This document shows, piece by piece, positions 50,419-63,635 of a DNA stretch of 64,000 nucleotides. Under the pieces are notes generated by a model. That model saw only the letters and a program-made list of their open reading frames with translations. It ran no database searches and was not told the origin of the DNA. This DNA comes from Phyllosticta citribraziliensis (lineage: Eukaryota), in the NCBI RefSeq assembly GCF_038025025.1, contig NW_027117346.1:558001-622000 (forward strand), in the 5' to 3' direction. Every line of letters starts with the position of its first letter. The stretch's first letter is position 1. The translations under genes and the position numbers were made by a program.

Positions 50419-51936
50419 GAGACTACGAAGTGGTCATGGCATGAAGCTGCAAATCCGGACTTGGATGTGTACATGTACATGGCAAGACGAAGCAGCAAAC
50501 GGGGCGACGCCGTGGTGGGTTTCCTTGGTGCCCTGGGCTGGTGGTGAATTTGCCTGCAGTGGTGACTTAGGTAAGCCCCAGCCGGGTGGGAGCAGTGCGG
50601 CCGTCGAGTGCTTCAGGCGTCCACCTCTCACCACAGCAGACACCATGACCCCCTCCCTCTTCCTCTTCAACACCGACATCACTCGTCCACGTCCATTGCC
50701 AATGTGGCGCTCCTCATGCAGGCGCAGCGACCATCTCGTCGCCATCTCACCAATATCCTGACCTGACCTGACCTGCAGCTGTTCCACGGCCGCGGCTCCG
50801 TCCCACATGGACAGCTGGCCTACGGATACCTTGCGCACCCGACGGTGGTGCAGGCCGGCAGCATCAGCATGAGCATGGGCTTGGGCGCGGGCGTGGGCAT
50901 GGGATGCGTGGGCACTGGCACTGGCACTGGCGGTCGACCCACGATGCCACCAGCTCAACGGCAAAAGCCCTCTACGCTGCGCGAGAGGCGGCGTGTTTGA
51001 CGTTGTGCTAGCCAGAGCCCACCGCGCCCCGTCCATCGTTTCGGCACTCGTCTGCCATCACCAATTGGCCTGTACCTGCGTTGCGACCAAGGTAGCTGAA
51101 ATCCTACCGTCCCTAGCCTCACAATACGAATGTCTCTGCTGCTCCGCTCACCATGCCCAGCCAATTTCCCCAGCCCAGGCCATCCGCATCCTGTGCTGCT
51201 CAGCGTCGCCGCATCCACAAACGGCTAAAACGGTTGCGCTTTGCAAGCCACTTGGTGCCGTGCATATGCTCCCACAACACGCTACCCTTTTTCTATTTAT
51301 GATGCTCGGTCCCCACTCGTTTCTCGCCATATCTTCCACTCAGGCGCCGTCGCCCTTCGTCCTCTACCCTGCCGTTGGCTGGTCCGCGAGATCCAGCTGC
51401 CCGGTCCACTCCACCGCGCCCAGATATTGGCACTCGCTTCCCACGCCACTGACTGTCTGGCCTGCATCACGAATTCAAGAATCTGCACCCAGCCTCCTCT
51501 TATCCTCTCGCAGCTTTCGCTCTCTTTGTCAGGTGAACATCCTCACTGCGTAAACAAGCACAGACTCCCAGGACTGCAGGCGATTGGCACTGATCCCGGC
51601 CTGCGGATGGACTCCCCGGTCTATATTTGAAACCGATCCCGTCAATCACCCTCACCGCCCAAGCAATCCTCGTTTTTCGTCGTTGCGCCTTCACCTGCCA
51701 ACGCTCGTCTGGCGGCCCGGTCCCGACCCCGTCCACATCTAGACCCCTGTGGCTACCCTTCCCCAGCAATTCTTATGTCTCGCTGCGTCTCCTGATTTCA
51801 TCTTTGTCCGCCTTCTCAATCTCCAGCATTACCGCCATCCAATTTATATTTGCCGCCTCTCTTTTGCCGCACGTCATTCCCCCGACGATTGATATCTGGG
51901 CTGCATCGCGCCCTAGAGCGGGAGGCTCACGGCGCC

Positions 51937-53436
51937 ATGTTTGACTCTTCTCTCGAAACCCGCTCCTTGACGCATCCAACAACCAAGCAGGCGAGCCGCC
52001 GGGCTCTCCCTCTGCTTGGTGTCCTGGCTTGCCTTCTCACAGTCATCACTGCCATCTTCACCATCCTGGACGCTGCAGCTCTCTCCGAGGCCCATGTCTC
52101 CTTCACGGCCCTGGCAGCAGTGACGATAGTCCTGGACGTTTTCGCCATTTCCGCAACCTTGGCCTTTCTCATAATTGCATGGCGGACAGAGGACTGGCAA
52201 ATGACAATCAAGAGATGGAGCGCCTCAGTTGGAGTGTCCCTGTCCTTCATCAGCTGCGTCCTTACCCTGGCCACCTACATCCTCACCCAGGAAAACATCC
52301 ATGCCATTGCTCCACGGGGCTCCAGCCACTGGAAAGGCCTGATGGCCACCAAGTTCACCATGTGGGCTATCTCGACTTTTGCTCAAGCGTGCTTCTACGG
52401 GATGGCCCTCTTTTCGAGTCCTTATCCTTCCGACTCCCAATACGCCAGGGCAAGAGCTGTTAGCGAAACCACGGATCACGGAACATCAACGCCACAATCA
52501 CAACCCACTGTGGATTATGAGCTCTCAAAGCCCGTCTTCCGAGTAGACTCTGTCTCTGCCATGAGTTACTCCAACAGCCCGAGAAGCTCTGTTTGCAGTT
52601 CGGTGCGGGCCTCGCTTCAGCAGGCAGTTCGTCCCATTACCTCGCGCACAAATCTGATAGGCCGGGGCTCGTCGTCTCTGCGTGAGTCTGCGAGCTTCCA
52701 GTCGGAGCGATCTGGGCGCACAAGCGCGCAGAATGACGGCTTCGAGTCCTGGGATACGTCAACAGTGGACGAGCAAAGCCGAGAAACTGTTATGCAATCG
52801 ACGACATCTCCGACCAAAGCGCTTACCCCGTTCAGTGGCACGCGACTGGATCCGATACCAGGTAGTCGGCCCGTGTCACCCGCAAACGCCCTCAATGGGC
52901 ACTTCCCCATGTCTGACCCAGCCACCATTCCGGAACTTCCGCCAACTCCAGACCTCACGGCGGCAACACCGGTATTCTTTGGCAGTCCGCACAACAGCCG
53001 TCCAGCGACTCCCACCATTGACTCTTCAAACATTCACCCCCTCTTTAGGGCAGACTCGCCAGTCCCTCCACCAGCCGTCACTCCAGGCACGGTCGTTGTC
53101 GCCTCTCCACTCTCTGGCCAAGTCATCTCCCGCCCTCCCACTTCTGCCTCACGAAGCAGGGCAAACAGCCGCACGCGCGCCATGTCACCGTCGTCGATGG
53201 TGTCATGGGACGCTCAAAGCCTCCACAGCAGCCGCAGCATGAGAAGCCTGCGCAGTGCGCGCAGCCCATCGCCTCCTCCCAGCCATCACACGACAGATAG
53301 GGAACGCGGCATGACACCGCCGATTCCCGAATTCGTTCTTGCTGAGCGCCTCGACCGGGGCGCCAGCCGGTCCAGCAGCCGCGAGAGACCTAGACGAAGC
53401 ACCCTCAGAGTCAGCGAGGATGCTGGACAACTATGA
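51937..53436 (+). CDS. Uncharacterised 499-aa membrane protein (about four N-terminal TM helices, long Ser/Pro-rich tail)
   Basis: Long ORF with ATG in GCCATG context. Four hydrophobic segments in the first ~160 aa, then a low-complexity tail with short motifs GFESWDTS, RLDPIPGSRPVSP, NIHPLFR and MTPPIPEF. Confidence 0.8.
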   Translation: MFDSSLETRSLTHPTTKQASRRALPLLGVLACLLTVITAIFTILDAAALSEAHVSFTALAAVTIVLDVFAISATLAFLIIAWRTEDWQMTIKRWSASVGVSLSFISCVLTLATYILTQENIHAIAPRGSSHWKGLMATKFTMWAISTFAQACFYGMALFSSPYPSDSQYARARAVSETTDHGTSTPQSQPTVDYELSKPVFRVDSVSAMSYSNSPRSSVCSSVRASLQQAVRPITSRTNLIGRGSSSLRESASFQSERSGRTSAQNDGFESWDTSTVDEQSRETVMQSTTSPTKALTPFSGTRLDPIPGSRPVSPANALNGHFPMSDPATIPELPPTPDLTAATPVFFGSPHNSRPATPTIDSSNIHPLFRADSPVPPPAVTPGTVVVASPLSGQVISRPPTSASRSRANSRTRAMSPSSMVSWDAQSLHSSRSMRSLRSARSPSPPPSHHTTDRERGMTPPIPEFVLAERLDRGASRSSSRERPRRSTLRVSEDAGQL

Positions 53437-56063
53437 TTGATGTTATGAAATAGATTCTTTATCGTTTTGCTCACAACCCTCCGTCCGTTCCGTCGCTGGG
53501 CGGCGGATATGAAGATGACATGCCCCTCTTATGTCACGTCACGGTGTTTTATGGATGCTGTTTTTTGCTTTGGGTTGATTTGACACGAGGTGCAATGCGA
53601 GAAGACAAAAACTTGCTTTTGCGTTTTGGTTCCGGGGTTCCACATTTCTATCTCTCTCTCTACATATCTCCAGCAAGAGTTACGGCAGGCGGGCTGGTCT
53701 CTCTTGTTCGATACCCCGGTTTTCATGTCACGGTCTTCTGGCCTTTATCTCTTTCCTTCTCTCTTTCTTCTTCTTCTTCTACTCTCCCTCTGGTCGGCGT
53801 GCTTCCAAGGCCTCTTTCTCTGCATGAAGACACGTCGTTAGTCCGCCTCTTTGTGAGAGCGTTTTTGAGCGAGCGATCGCTTCCGCTCTCTTCCTGGTCA
53901 TCCATGGCGCTCTCCCTCCTTTGAAACACGCGCACGTCTGCGGCTCCAGGGTCGAAGCCGCAGCGACTGCAAGGCAGAAGCAGAGAAACAAGAAACGTGA
54001 ATGAGTAATGTTTGTATGTATGTGCATGTATCTATGGATATGGCGAGGGATGAATATGATGCATTGGATGGAAAGGCTGTATTGGCAAAGTAATGCATTC
54101 GAGCGAACATTCCAACGATCCATGGTCTTGGCATGCAATGATTTTTTCGCCCTTGAATTCCCAACTGCAGTTGTTTGGCATGACTGACTGATCAGGTCGC
54201 TTAGAAGCGGTCATTTCCGCCTTTTTCGGCAGTCGGAAAAACAAAAAGTGACAGGGAAAGTGACAGCAAGCCGATGAAGAAAAGCAGCCAAAAGAAAACA
54301 CGGGAGAAGAAAGATTCCGGAGGACCCTTGGGCCTGCTCCCTGCAGCGGCATGCGAACATGTAACTAGACTACAGAGGTTGTGTGTGTGCATGCTGCGCT
54401 GCTGCTGCTGCTGCTGGTCTGTCAGATCTATCACGACGATGCGTCGGCAGTGGCGTGGTTATGCGCAGTTTCCATCTTGCAGGCGGCTATAGACGGGTGT
54501 GGGCAGCAGAGGGCAGCGGCCTCGTCGTCGAGGACCACTGCGGATTGCCGCTTTGGGATGGTATGGGAAAAGCTTGCGTGGTCGCTTGTCGGCGGCATCA
54601 ACAATGGCAGGTCGCACAAAGTGTCGTTGTTGTATTCGGTTCATTCGTGAGTGACTGGCAAGGACAAGAGCAAACGCAGGCGGATGTGGTTTCTGGCACT
54701 GGCACTGGCAGGGTCGTGGCTGGGCTGGGGTGGGAGGGAGCGAGGTTAGCGTGGCGGGCGGCGAAGATGGAATGGGAGCGATTAGCGAGATGGATGGTCG
54801 AGTGTCATTGGCTGCGAGGCATGTGGCGCAGGCAGGCGAGCGGCCCAATGGCATGCTCGATGATTTTTCTGATGGCCTGTCGCCGCCAGAGTCTCTTGTC
54901 GTCGACGTGATGCGACGGGATGCAAGTGATTTTGGGCCTTGTCAAGGCGTCATGCTGGTCGTGAGATGAGGATCCGATGGAGAGGCGCGACAGGGAGTCG
55001 GCGTTGATCCCTTGCAAGGCGGACGGGCGGGCGGTTGGTGCGTCAGCGTCGGCCAAGTCGGGCCAGACCCAGGCTTCGCCGCAGCGACAGCAGGGCACAA
55101 GAGGGGATGTGGGCGAGGAGGAACAGGAGACGGAAAGACGTTATTCAGGCTCTGGTGTTGGTTGCATCCAGGTCTCCTTTTCGCGCGGCGACGATTTGGG
55201 AAAAAACGACTTGACCAAGCTCGACTAGGCCCGAAGCGGCTTAGCGGATTCTCACCAAACGCAGAGGACCTGGCATCTGCTTCTGCTTGCTCCGTCAGGT
55301 CTGCTCTGCTCTGCTGTTGTGAGAGAGTGAATAGAAACAACATAGCACGGCCGCCCTCTTCCCCCATCGCCCGCCCCGTCGCCGTCGCTATTCTCGCTCC
55401 TCTCCGCCTGCCCTGCTGCTTGTCCTCTTCTCTTTCTTGAGCGCGCCGTTGCTTGTCAAGTCTGCCTCGTTGCCCGCCGTCCCTAGACCTCCAGACTGGA
55501 CTGGAGCATTTTGACCATCTCTCCCGCAAACCCTTTCATCAACACCTCGCCCCACTGACAACCCCCGCCCCCCCAAGGCTCTGCTCGTCCTGCTTGTCTT
55601 TGACCCGACCGAGACACTTTTCTGTAAGTTTGACCCCGGCCTTCCTTTCATTCATCTCTGCCTGCCACGCTCACCCAACACACCACTGCTCAATTCCCAT
55701 CCGCTGACGCTGTCCATCCAGTCCTTGACTTGCTGCCAGTGCGAGCCTCGCATTGCCATGTGCCACTAACCACCTCTTGACTTCTATACGGGTGCTCAGT
55801 CGCTCCACTTGGCCACTCCGACTGCAATCTTCGGATTCTGTCTCTCCCGCCAGCGCATCCTGCCTGTTGACTCCTGTCGGTCCATTTGCCCGCCGCAGAG
55901 TAGTACATCATTCCTGCGCCGAGGTCCCTCGAGACTTGTCATTTACTATTCATCTTCTCCTCATTTTTCGTCATGTAAGTTTCCGACTCGCTCCCGTCGC
56001 ATCGGATGCATGGTCACGAGCCTTACAAGCCAAGTACCAACACCAACACCAGTCTGGACAAAC

Positions 56064-59000
56064 ATGAAGCGCAGGCGCGGCAGCTCAAAGTCGGCATCCA
56101 GGAGCCCTGAGCTCTCTCGCCAAGGTAAATTCGCGCCCGTCTCCCGACCATTGCCTTGACCCGTGAGAATTTCCCACTGACAGATCCCTCCTCGGCCAGC
56201 CACATCGCCGGAAACCCGGCTGCGCAGGCCCAGTACGCGAGGCGCTAGCCTAACACCATCAAAGCCAACCAGACGTCACCCAACGGAGGCGCTGCATATG
56301 ACTACTCGACGCGCTGCCAACAGTAACGCTTCCGTTGCTACTGACTCTGCTGCCAATTCCGAGGCCAGTGGCAGTCGTCGCAGTTCTCTCAACGATGAGC
56401 AGCCGCCGCAGTTTGCGGCCGATGACGCGCAGTCTCATCCCGGCAGCCAAAATGCTCCAAACGGGACCCGCGAGACCGAATCCATCGATTTGGATGATTC
56501 CAAAAAGACGGATTCCGTCTTCAAGAGCGCCGAACCCGACGTGCCAGAAGCACCCTCGGCGTCGTCCCAGTCGGATCCGCATGATCTCGAGTCCAAGCCG
56601 TCGCGCTCACCTGAACTCACCAAATCTGCAAAGAGAAAACGCGCGTCATTATTGACCGAAATCTCTGAGGAGCCTCGCATCAATGGCGTGACCAACGGAA
56701 CCTCGAATGGGGAGCAGTCCCAATCGAATCCCGACGCAGTCTCTGAAGCCACCCGAGATCCAGAATTGCCACCGCGCAAGCGCCAGTATCGAGGCCGAGG
56801 AAGAGGCCGTGGCGGTCGCCAACCTCGCACCATCTCAACCCATTCCAGCTTCGCAGCTCAGACAGACGCTGCATCCACGCCGCCATCGACCACTGCTCCC
56901 GACAGGGATGCCGCTGATCATGGATCAGAAGATGCTCAAGCAGAAAGCGAGCGTCCTACCAAACAGCCCAAGCGTCTTCCTGGAAGACGACGAGCACCGA
57001 ATTCGAATCCGAGCATTGAGGCAGATTTGCGTCGTCAGTTACAGTTGAAAACGGCGTATCGCGCCGTGGTTAAAGTTTTAAAGCCAATCTTGGCCGAGCT
57101 TGCCGATCGCTCAATCAACGACGTCGAAGATGATCCGACCGCACACGAGGAAAGCTTACACTTTGACTCGGTGCAGGCTGATCTCGACAGGACGCTTGCG
57201 GACCGCGTCGCTTATCTGGATCGCAAGAAGCACATTGAGAAAACCTATGCCGAGAATCGCTACAGCAACGACTGCGACGTTGTGCGGTCTGAGTTTCAGG
57301 TAAGCTTAATTCTTGATTCATGCAATTGGTCTAACCAACTTGGAACAGAACGTCTTCTTCAGCTTGCAGGAGGATTACTTTATGCGTTATCAACATAGGT
57401 TGTTGAGCATCGCCCGGGCTGCCGATCTCGAAGCGCAAGAAGGCTACGGTTCCAATGACGAGGTATGTCGAATTCATCATGTTCTGACTCGGTGCTCACC
57501 ATTGTACAGGACGGTCTTGTGCCTCGCCGACGTGGAATGCAGTATAAGTGGAGATCCACGGGCTTCCTTGATCCTAGATCGGACTCCCGCAGCCGCTTCT
57601 TTCTCGAAACACAAAAGCTATGGGACAACGACCAACTCCGAAGGAAACTCACAAAGGAACGATCCGAATTCCTGCAGGCCAACCGAGAAGAGTTCGATGA
57701 TGAGGCCGCTGTCAACTCTCGCGAAGGCTTTGCCACTTACGACCCCGAACAGCGCGAGCAAGCGCTCGCTGTATTCAATGCGGCAACTCTGGTGCAAGCA
57801 GCTCAGGCCGTCGAGGAACCCGAACTTATCCAGACGCTTGAGCCAATTCCGAACAAGGAAGCGAGCGGTCTGATGATGCTTGTAGATGCCATTGAAAACT
57901 TCAGTAACATGCCTTCTGCTGCTACGGAGCTCAAGCCCGCCATCTCCGGACGGAATACTCCTGTCATTGAGCAAGTTCCCCCAAGAGCCACGGCCACTCC
58001 CGTCTCCAGTAGAGGTCGCAGGAAACGGGGTCCGTCAGCCAAGTCGACCCCTCGACATCGAGGTGCTGGTTCTGCCAATTCAACTCCTTTGCCGCAGGGC
58101 CCTGACGATGCGCTCGACGCGACGGCTTCGACAACGTCCCGAGCCATGTCTTTGGACACGGAACTCCCCGGGCCAAGTCCTAGAAAGCCGTCGCAGTCGG
58201 CGTCTGCAGAGCCAATGGAGCTTGACCCAGCACTGTCAGAATCCATGGATACCGAGCAACCGCTACCTGCAATAGAAGAGGAGCTGCCTGCATTCCGACC
58301 ACAAATGGAGAGCGCTCCGCGTTCTGAGCCCCCGCCGCGGCAGCAGAGTGTGCCTAACAGAATCACTGATATTTTGAACAAGGCTGACGATGTCGGACAT
58401 TCCAATACTAACTCGGCATCGTCAATTGCTACGTCCAGTCCTGCTGCCTTGCCTCCAGTCGTCCTCCAGCCGCTAAATGCTTCAACACCTCTTCACGAGT
58501 CTGCTCTGTCAAGTGGGCCTGGAGGAAGATCTCAAACGGCCACATCCCGGGCGGAAACGCCTCTCGAAAGGCCTTCAGATGCAGCACCCACTTCCGAGAC
58601 CTCTGCTTCGGACCTTCCAACGACAAACTTGCCGGCAGGCGAGCCGCAGAAACCAACGCAAAAGCTATCTTTCTGGGATGCCTTGGCGATGGATAACAAG
58701 CGTAACACCAGGCCAGCCAGCCCTCCAAACACACATCGCACACCTCTGGCTCGAGTCCGCCAGAGCTGGCCCCAGGTCCTCAACACTTCGAGTTCGGCTC
58801 GCAAGTCCGCGGAACCAAGAAACGGGACGTTCGCGACTGCAGATGCAGGCAATGCGGACGTGAACTCGGAACGTGCGTCTCAGCCTTCAGTTGAAAGATC
58901 TTTGGATGGTCAGGAGCGCATCATTGAGAGAATCACGGGCTCTGCTGAACGATCGATAGAAGAGTTTCCTCCGCGGTCCGACCGGGCCATAGACAGGCTC

Positions 59001-59978
59001 GACATGGCACCTCCTATCCCAAGAAACTCGGTGTCGAACGAAGCTGGTTCGCGGAGGTCATCAGGAACTGGCAGTGTCTTGTCGCAAGGACCGCCCGCCG
59101 GCCATCCTTTGAATCAACGCTCGCCCATCGAGGCTCCCACGAAACGATCAAACTCTCGGGAGATGCCAGCGGGTCTTGAGCAGAGACAAAATCGATGGAG
59201 AGCCGCAGTGCCTGCGCAACATGGACCGAATCCGCCGTTCCGCCCAAACTCGAATCAACCTCAAAACGCGTTTCTCAAGCACCAAGGGTGGACGACCGAG
59301 TCGCAAGCACGGCATCCAGCGGCTTCGGCAACTCCACCGCAGCAGCCTCAGCCTCCACCGTTCCCTGGGTATGCGACGCCATATGACCCGCGGCTCTACC
59401 CGCCCATGAACTACCCACCCCCGCCACCAGGGCCATACCAAGCACAGCAGCAGCCACAGACAAACCCGTTCCTGGCTGCTGTGCCGCAGCCGCATGGACA
59501 CATCCTCCCTCCATTTCCGTGTCCGTCTGAGCGCCCGCCGCCGTATCAGTCAATCTACAACATGCCACCACAAGGATATGGTTATCCTTATCCAGGTTAC
59601 GGACCTCCGCCGGGGCAGGCGGGGCCATTGCCGCCCGGAGCAATGCCCCCTGGGCAGGTCCCGCCGCCTCCGCCCGGCCCCTTTGGCCAGCAGTATGGTG
59701 GACCACCAATTCTCCCTGCAACGACTGATCGCCGTCACAGTGCCGGTCCGGGGCAGGCTCCTGCTTCGGGGACTCCTGGTCCATATCCAGGCTCTCCGCC
59801 GCAAGCGACGCATCCGCCTGCGTTCCAGCAGCAGCAGCAGGGCCAGTACGGGAACGGAATAAGCGGCAGTGAAAGACGTGGGCCTGGAGGTGGCTCACAT
59901 AAGAAGAAGTATAGGCATAGTACCGCAGGAACGGAGTTCCGGCAGTACCTGCCCAAGGGCAGTGGTTCGGGACGTTGA
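56064..59978 (+). CDS. Uncharacterised large, probably nuclear protein with a central helical domain and Pro/Gln-rich tail
   Basis: Exons 56064-56124, 56200-57299, 57349-57462, 57510-59978 join in frame through canonical introns. Starts MKRRR; helical core KRLPGRRRAP...IEADLRRQLQLKTAYRAVVKVLKPILAELADRS. Confidence 0.78.
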
Positions 59979-60777
59979 GGCTGTTTTAGTTGAGTTGGAA
60001 GATGACGGGTTTTGGAGCGATTTCATTTGTCGTCGGCGGCATTCGCACGGGACTGATGCGAGTGGTAAAAGTTAGGTCGATCATGAGCCTTGGTCGAGAA
60101 GAAATTTCGGTTTGTTTCGTTACTGTGGGTGGGATATTGATTGCATTGAACAGGCGTCGACTGGTCTAGTCAAGCATGGGAAGCAGGGTTGCATGTATCT
60201 GTCTTTTGTTGTTTTCCTTGTCTAATTGGGATCATTGAGCGGCGGGTCGAAGGACACGGTACGGTAGGTAGCATGGCGTGTATACATACATCACCCCGCT
60301 GCACCAAGACTTGCCTGTTTGGGATGGACGTGGCGGTGCAGATTGAGTCATGATTGCTGCTGCGGCTACAGTGACGAAAGAGCCTCAGGAACAAGATGAA
60401 CATCAAGAAGGTCACTGCATACGACGGAGTTGAGGCTGCTTTGTGCGAGGCTGCAAAAATCTGATTCATTGTTCGGAAAATGAAGAAGAATGAGTCACGG
60501 AGGATGACTGCTGACGGCGTTTGGTGTGCCCTTGAGCTGAGGTGGGGAACTGGTCTAGCCTGGTGCAGCCTCTCCGTCGGGGCTACCCCGGCAACCTTTC
60601 AGTGCTTTTGCCTTGGGTCGTAGGTCATAAAACCTTCACCTCGCCTGCCCACCACCACTCGCCATCTCACTGCTTCCACCGCCCTCTCGACAGCCTGCGT
60701 CTTTTGCTCCAGCAAGTCCACTCATCTGCCCGACAAACATAACCTCCTCAGTCTCCACCAACTCTCACACAACAATC

Positions 60778-61992
60778 ATGGCGGTCCGCGCCCAATTCGA
60801 GAATTCAAATGAGTGCGTCTATGCCCCACCATGAATCTTCTCCCACAGCACAGCCTAGCCCAGTGGGTGTAGCACACGGGCCAGCCCAGCAGCATCTCTG
60901 CGCATCAGCCTTGCCGTCACAGCGTGCTCCCCGTCGTCGCAAACCAAAGAAACTCAGAATGTCAATTCTAACTCGAGGGTTCCCGCAGGGTCGGCGTCTT
61001 CTCCACCCTGACCAACTCGTACGCCCTCGTCGCGCTCGGCGCCTCGGAAAACTTCTACTCCGTCTTCGAAGCCGAGCTGCAAGACGTCGTCCCCATCTGC
61101 CACGCGACCATTGCCGGCACCCGCATCGTGGGCCGACTGACGGCCGGCAACCGCAAGGGCCTGCTCGTCCCGACCAGCACCACCGACCAGGAGTTGCAGC
61201 ACCTGCGCAACTCGATCCCAGACGAGGTTAAAATTCAGCGTATCGAGGAGAGGCTGAGTGCTTTGGGCAACGTTATTTGCTGCAACGACCATGTTGCGCT
61301 CGTGCATCCGGACATTGAGAGGGAGACGGAAGAGATGTAGGTCTTTTATGTCCCTGTTTGCTCCCCTAGAGATCTTCCTTGGCAGCCGCTCTTGATCATT
61401 CTGCCTTGTTGCTTCTTTCTGGGCCAAGTCTTCATGACCACGCGTCGATTGGGCAGCGTGTGGCGAAACCTGCGGGACGGGAAAGCTGCCAAGGAAGATT
61501 GTCTCGCGCATATTTCAACGGCGCAGAGCAGCACGGAAAGGCCTTGCTAACCCTGTCAACAGTATCGCAGATGTGCTCGGCGTCGAAGTCTTTCGCCAAA
61601 CCATCGCGGACAATGTGCTCGTCGGCTCGTACATGTCGCTCAGCAACCAGGGCGGCATCGTACACCCCAAGACCTCGATCCAGGACCAGGACGAGCTGTC
61701 CAGCTTGCTCCAAGTACCCCTCGTTGCCGGCAGCGTCAACAGAGGTTCGCCAGTCGTCGGCGCCGGCATGGTTGTCAACGACTGGATGGCAGTGACTGGT
61801 GAGTCTTCGCCGGCGACATGAAAGCTACGCACCACTTGGCAATCCAAATCACTGACACAAGTGATTTCAGGTCTTGACACCACCGCAACGGAGCTGTCAG
61901 TCATCGAGTCCGTCTTCCGTCTGGGCGAGGGCATGGGCCCCAGCGCCATCAACACGACCAACAAGGAGACGATGGTGGAATCTTTCTACTAA
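60778..61992 (+). CDS. tif6: Eukaryotic translation initiation factor 6
   Basis: Exons 60778-60812, 60989-61337, 61563-61798, 61871-61992. [71 protein letters not shown]. Confidence 0.97.
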
Positions 61993-63047
61993 ACGCCCTT
62001 TTTGAAACCCCCCCTTCTCTCTTTGATACCCATCTATCGTCTGGAGTGCGCGCAAGAAAAACAAAAATCGATGCAAAGTCGATATGAACATGGAACGACC
62101 ATGGCTTATCCATCGAGCCAGACCACAACAAACCTGGCATGTCCGAGGGCGGGAAGAAGAAAGAAAGTTGGACGTGCGATGAACGATAAGAGTTTGCTCT
62201 CTCATGTCCGTTGTGTTGTGCATGGAAGGGAGCGAATCCCCCGTCAAAGTGCGCCGTGGATTCTTGTCCCTCCTGACTTCATGTCTTGACGGACGTGGCA
62301 TCGGAAGTTCCATAGGGCACCGCTGCTGGGTGCAGGGGGCATTATGTTTGGATTGCGATCTCTGGGTTTTCCCTTCCTCCCCAAGGCGTTCAAAGGCTGG
62401 CTGGCAGGCAGGCAGGAGCAGCGGCGGGCTGGGCTTGCCGGGATTTATTGGTCACGATCATGTCTGCTCTGTGTGGGGTGGGAGTGGTGCAAGGTAGCTT
62501 GCTTGCTTGCTTGCTGCTCCGGCCCAGACGCGCGAGACTAAAAATGGGAGTAGGAATAGAGCGGAATACAAAAGCTTTGGTATGTTGGACATTTGCTCTT
62601 GATCTCGCATCTTGCTTTGAATGTGAATGCTTGTGGTCTTCTATCGTGCGTCCGTGGGGTGTTAATTGGATGCTCCTAGTGTATATCTTAATCGTGAGTT
62701 GAGCCACAATGTTCGATGAGCTCGTCATGACGGAGGCCCTCCTACTGTCAAGTGTCCTGCCGCCCTTTAAACCATGTATTTGTGGCCAATTCAGTCAGGT
62801 AGATGCCTGCCAGCGTTCGGCTGACTGCCTCTAATGAGACTGGCACAGCAGCATGGCCATGGGCAGCAAGACCTCGCTCAGATCGTCCTCAAGCCAGTCT
62901 ACGGCATCACATCGTGAAGCACACACCGCACATAGCAGCAGTAAATCTCCGTTGCTCCAAGTTCTCTCGTCTCCTTCCTCTCCTCCGCTGCCATAGCCAT
63001 GCTGGCCGTCAAGTCCTCTCCCCTGTCCCCTTCTCTCCCGACCCAAA

Positions 63048-63635
63048 TCATCCAAACAACTCGTTCCCATCGCCATGCACCAACCGCGCCAACGCCCCAT
63101 CCCACCCCCTAACAACCCACCTTGACCGCGCCGCCGCCTCCTCCTCGCCTCTCGCGCCCAGCGCTGCCATTCTCCCGCCGCTGCCGCCCGCCGTCTCGCC
63201 CACCCACGCGCCGCATGCGCCTACCACGGCCGCGCCGTCGGCTAGTGGGGCGCGGATGATGGTGTGCGTTATTATGTGGGTTGCTGTCGCGGGAGATGGG
63301 GCGGCGGAGGAGGAGGAGGAGGAAGAGGTGGAGGAGGTACAAGGCGCAGAGGCCCCGACGTACAGTATGTCGAGCGGGATGGCGGCGCCGTGGTGGCCGT
63401 GGTGCTGGCGCAGGGCGGCGGTGAGGGCTTGGCGGAGGGTTATGGGGTCGACGACGGCGGTGGAGGAGGTAGATGCGGACGCCGTTTGCGGCGCGTGGTA
63501 GGTCAGGTGGATGTAGAGGTGGGGTGAGGGCGTGTAGGTGTGTTGTGTCCGTGTTGTTGCTGTTGCTGTTGCCGGCGTGGTGGTGGTGGTGGTGGTTTTG
63601 GCGGGTGGTTGGGAGAGGGGGAGTGTGGAGGGCAT
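63048..63635 (-). CDS. pop8: RNase P/MRP subunit Pop8-like protein
   Basis: LYIHL...DPITLRQALTAALRQHHGHHGAAIPLDIL...IIRAPLADGAAVVGA matches my recollection of the fungal Pop8 pattern, with poly-Thr and poly-Ser insertions. Confidence 0.7.
   Translation of the reverse strand: MPSTLPLSQPPAKTTTTTTTPATATATTRTQHTYTPSPHLYIHLTYHAPQTASASTSSTAVVDPITLRQALTAALRQHHGHHGAAIPLDILYVGASAPCTSSTSSSSSSSAAPSPATATHIITHTIIRAPLADGAAVVGACGAWVGETAGGSGGRMAALGARGEEEAAARSRWVVRGWDGALARLVHGDGNELFG

Noticed and set aside
50565..50585. GGGGCTTAC on the minus strand resembling the RNase MRP CR-V/P4 strand
   Set aside because: No matching CR-I (AAGTCCCC) partner at a suitable distance.
56064..56248. Apparent spliced uORF using the acceptor at 56183
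   Set aside because: That AG abuts the branch site; the next CAG (56199) has normal spacing and joins ATG 56064 in frame with the main ORF.
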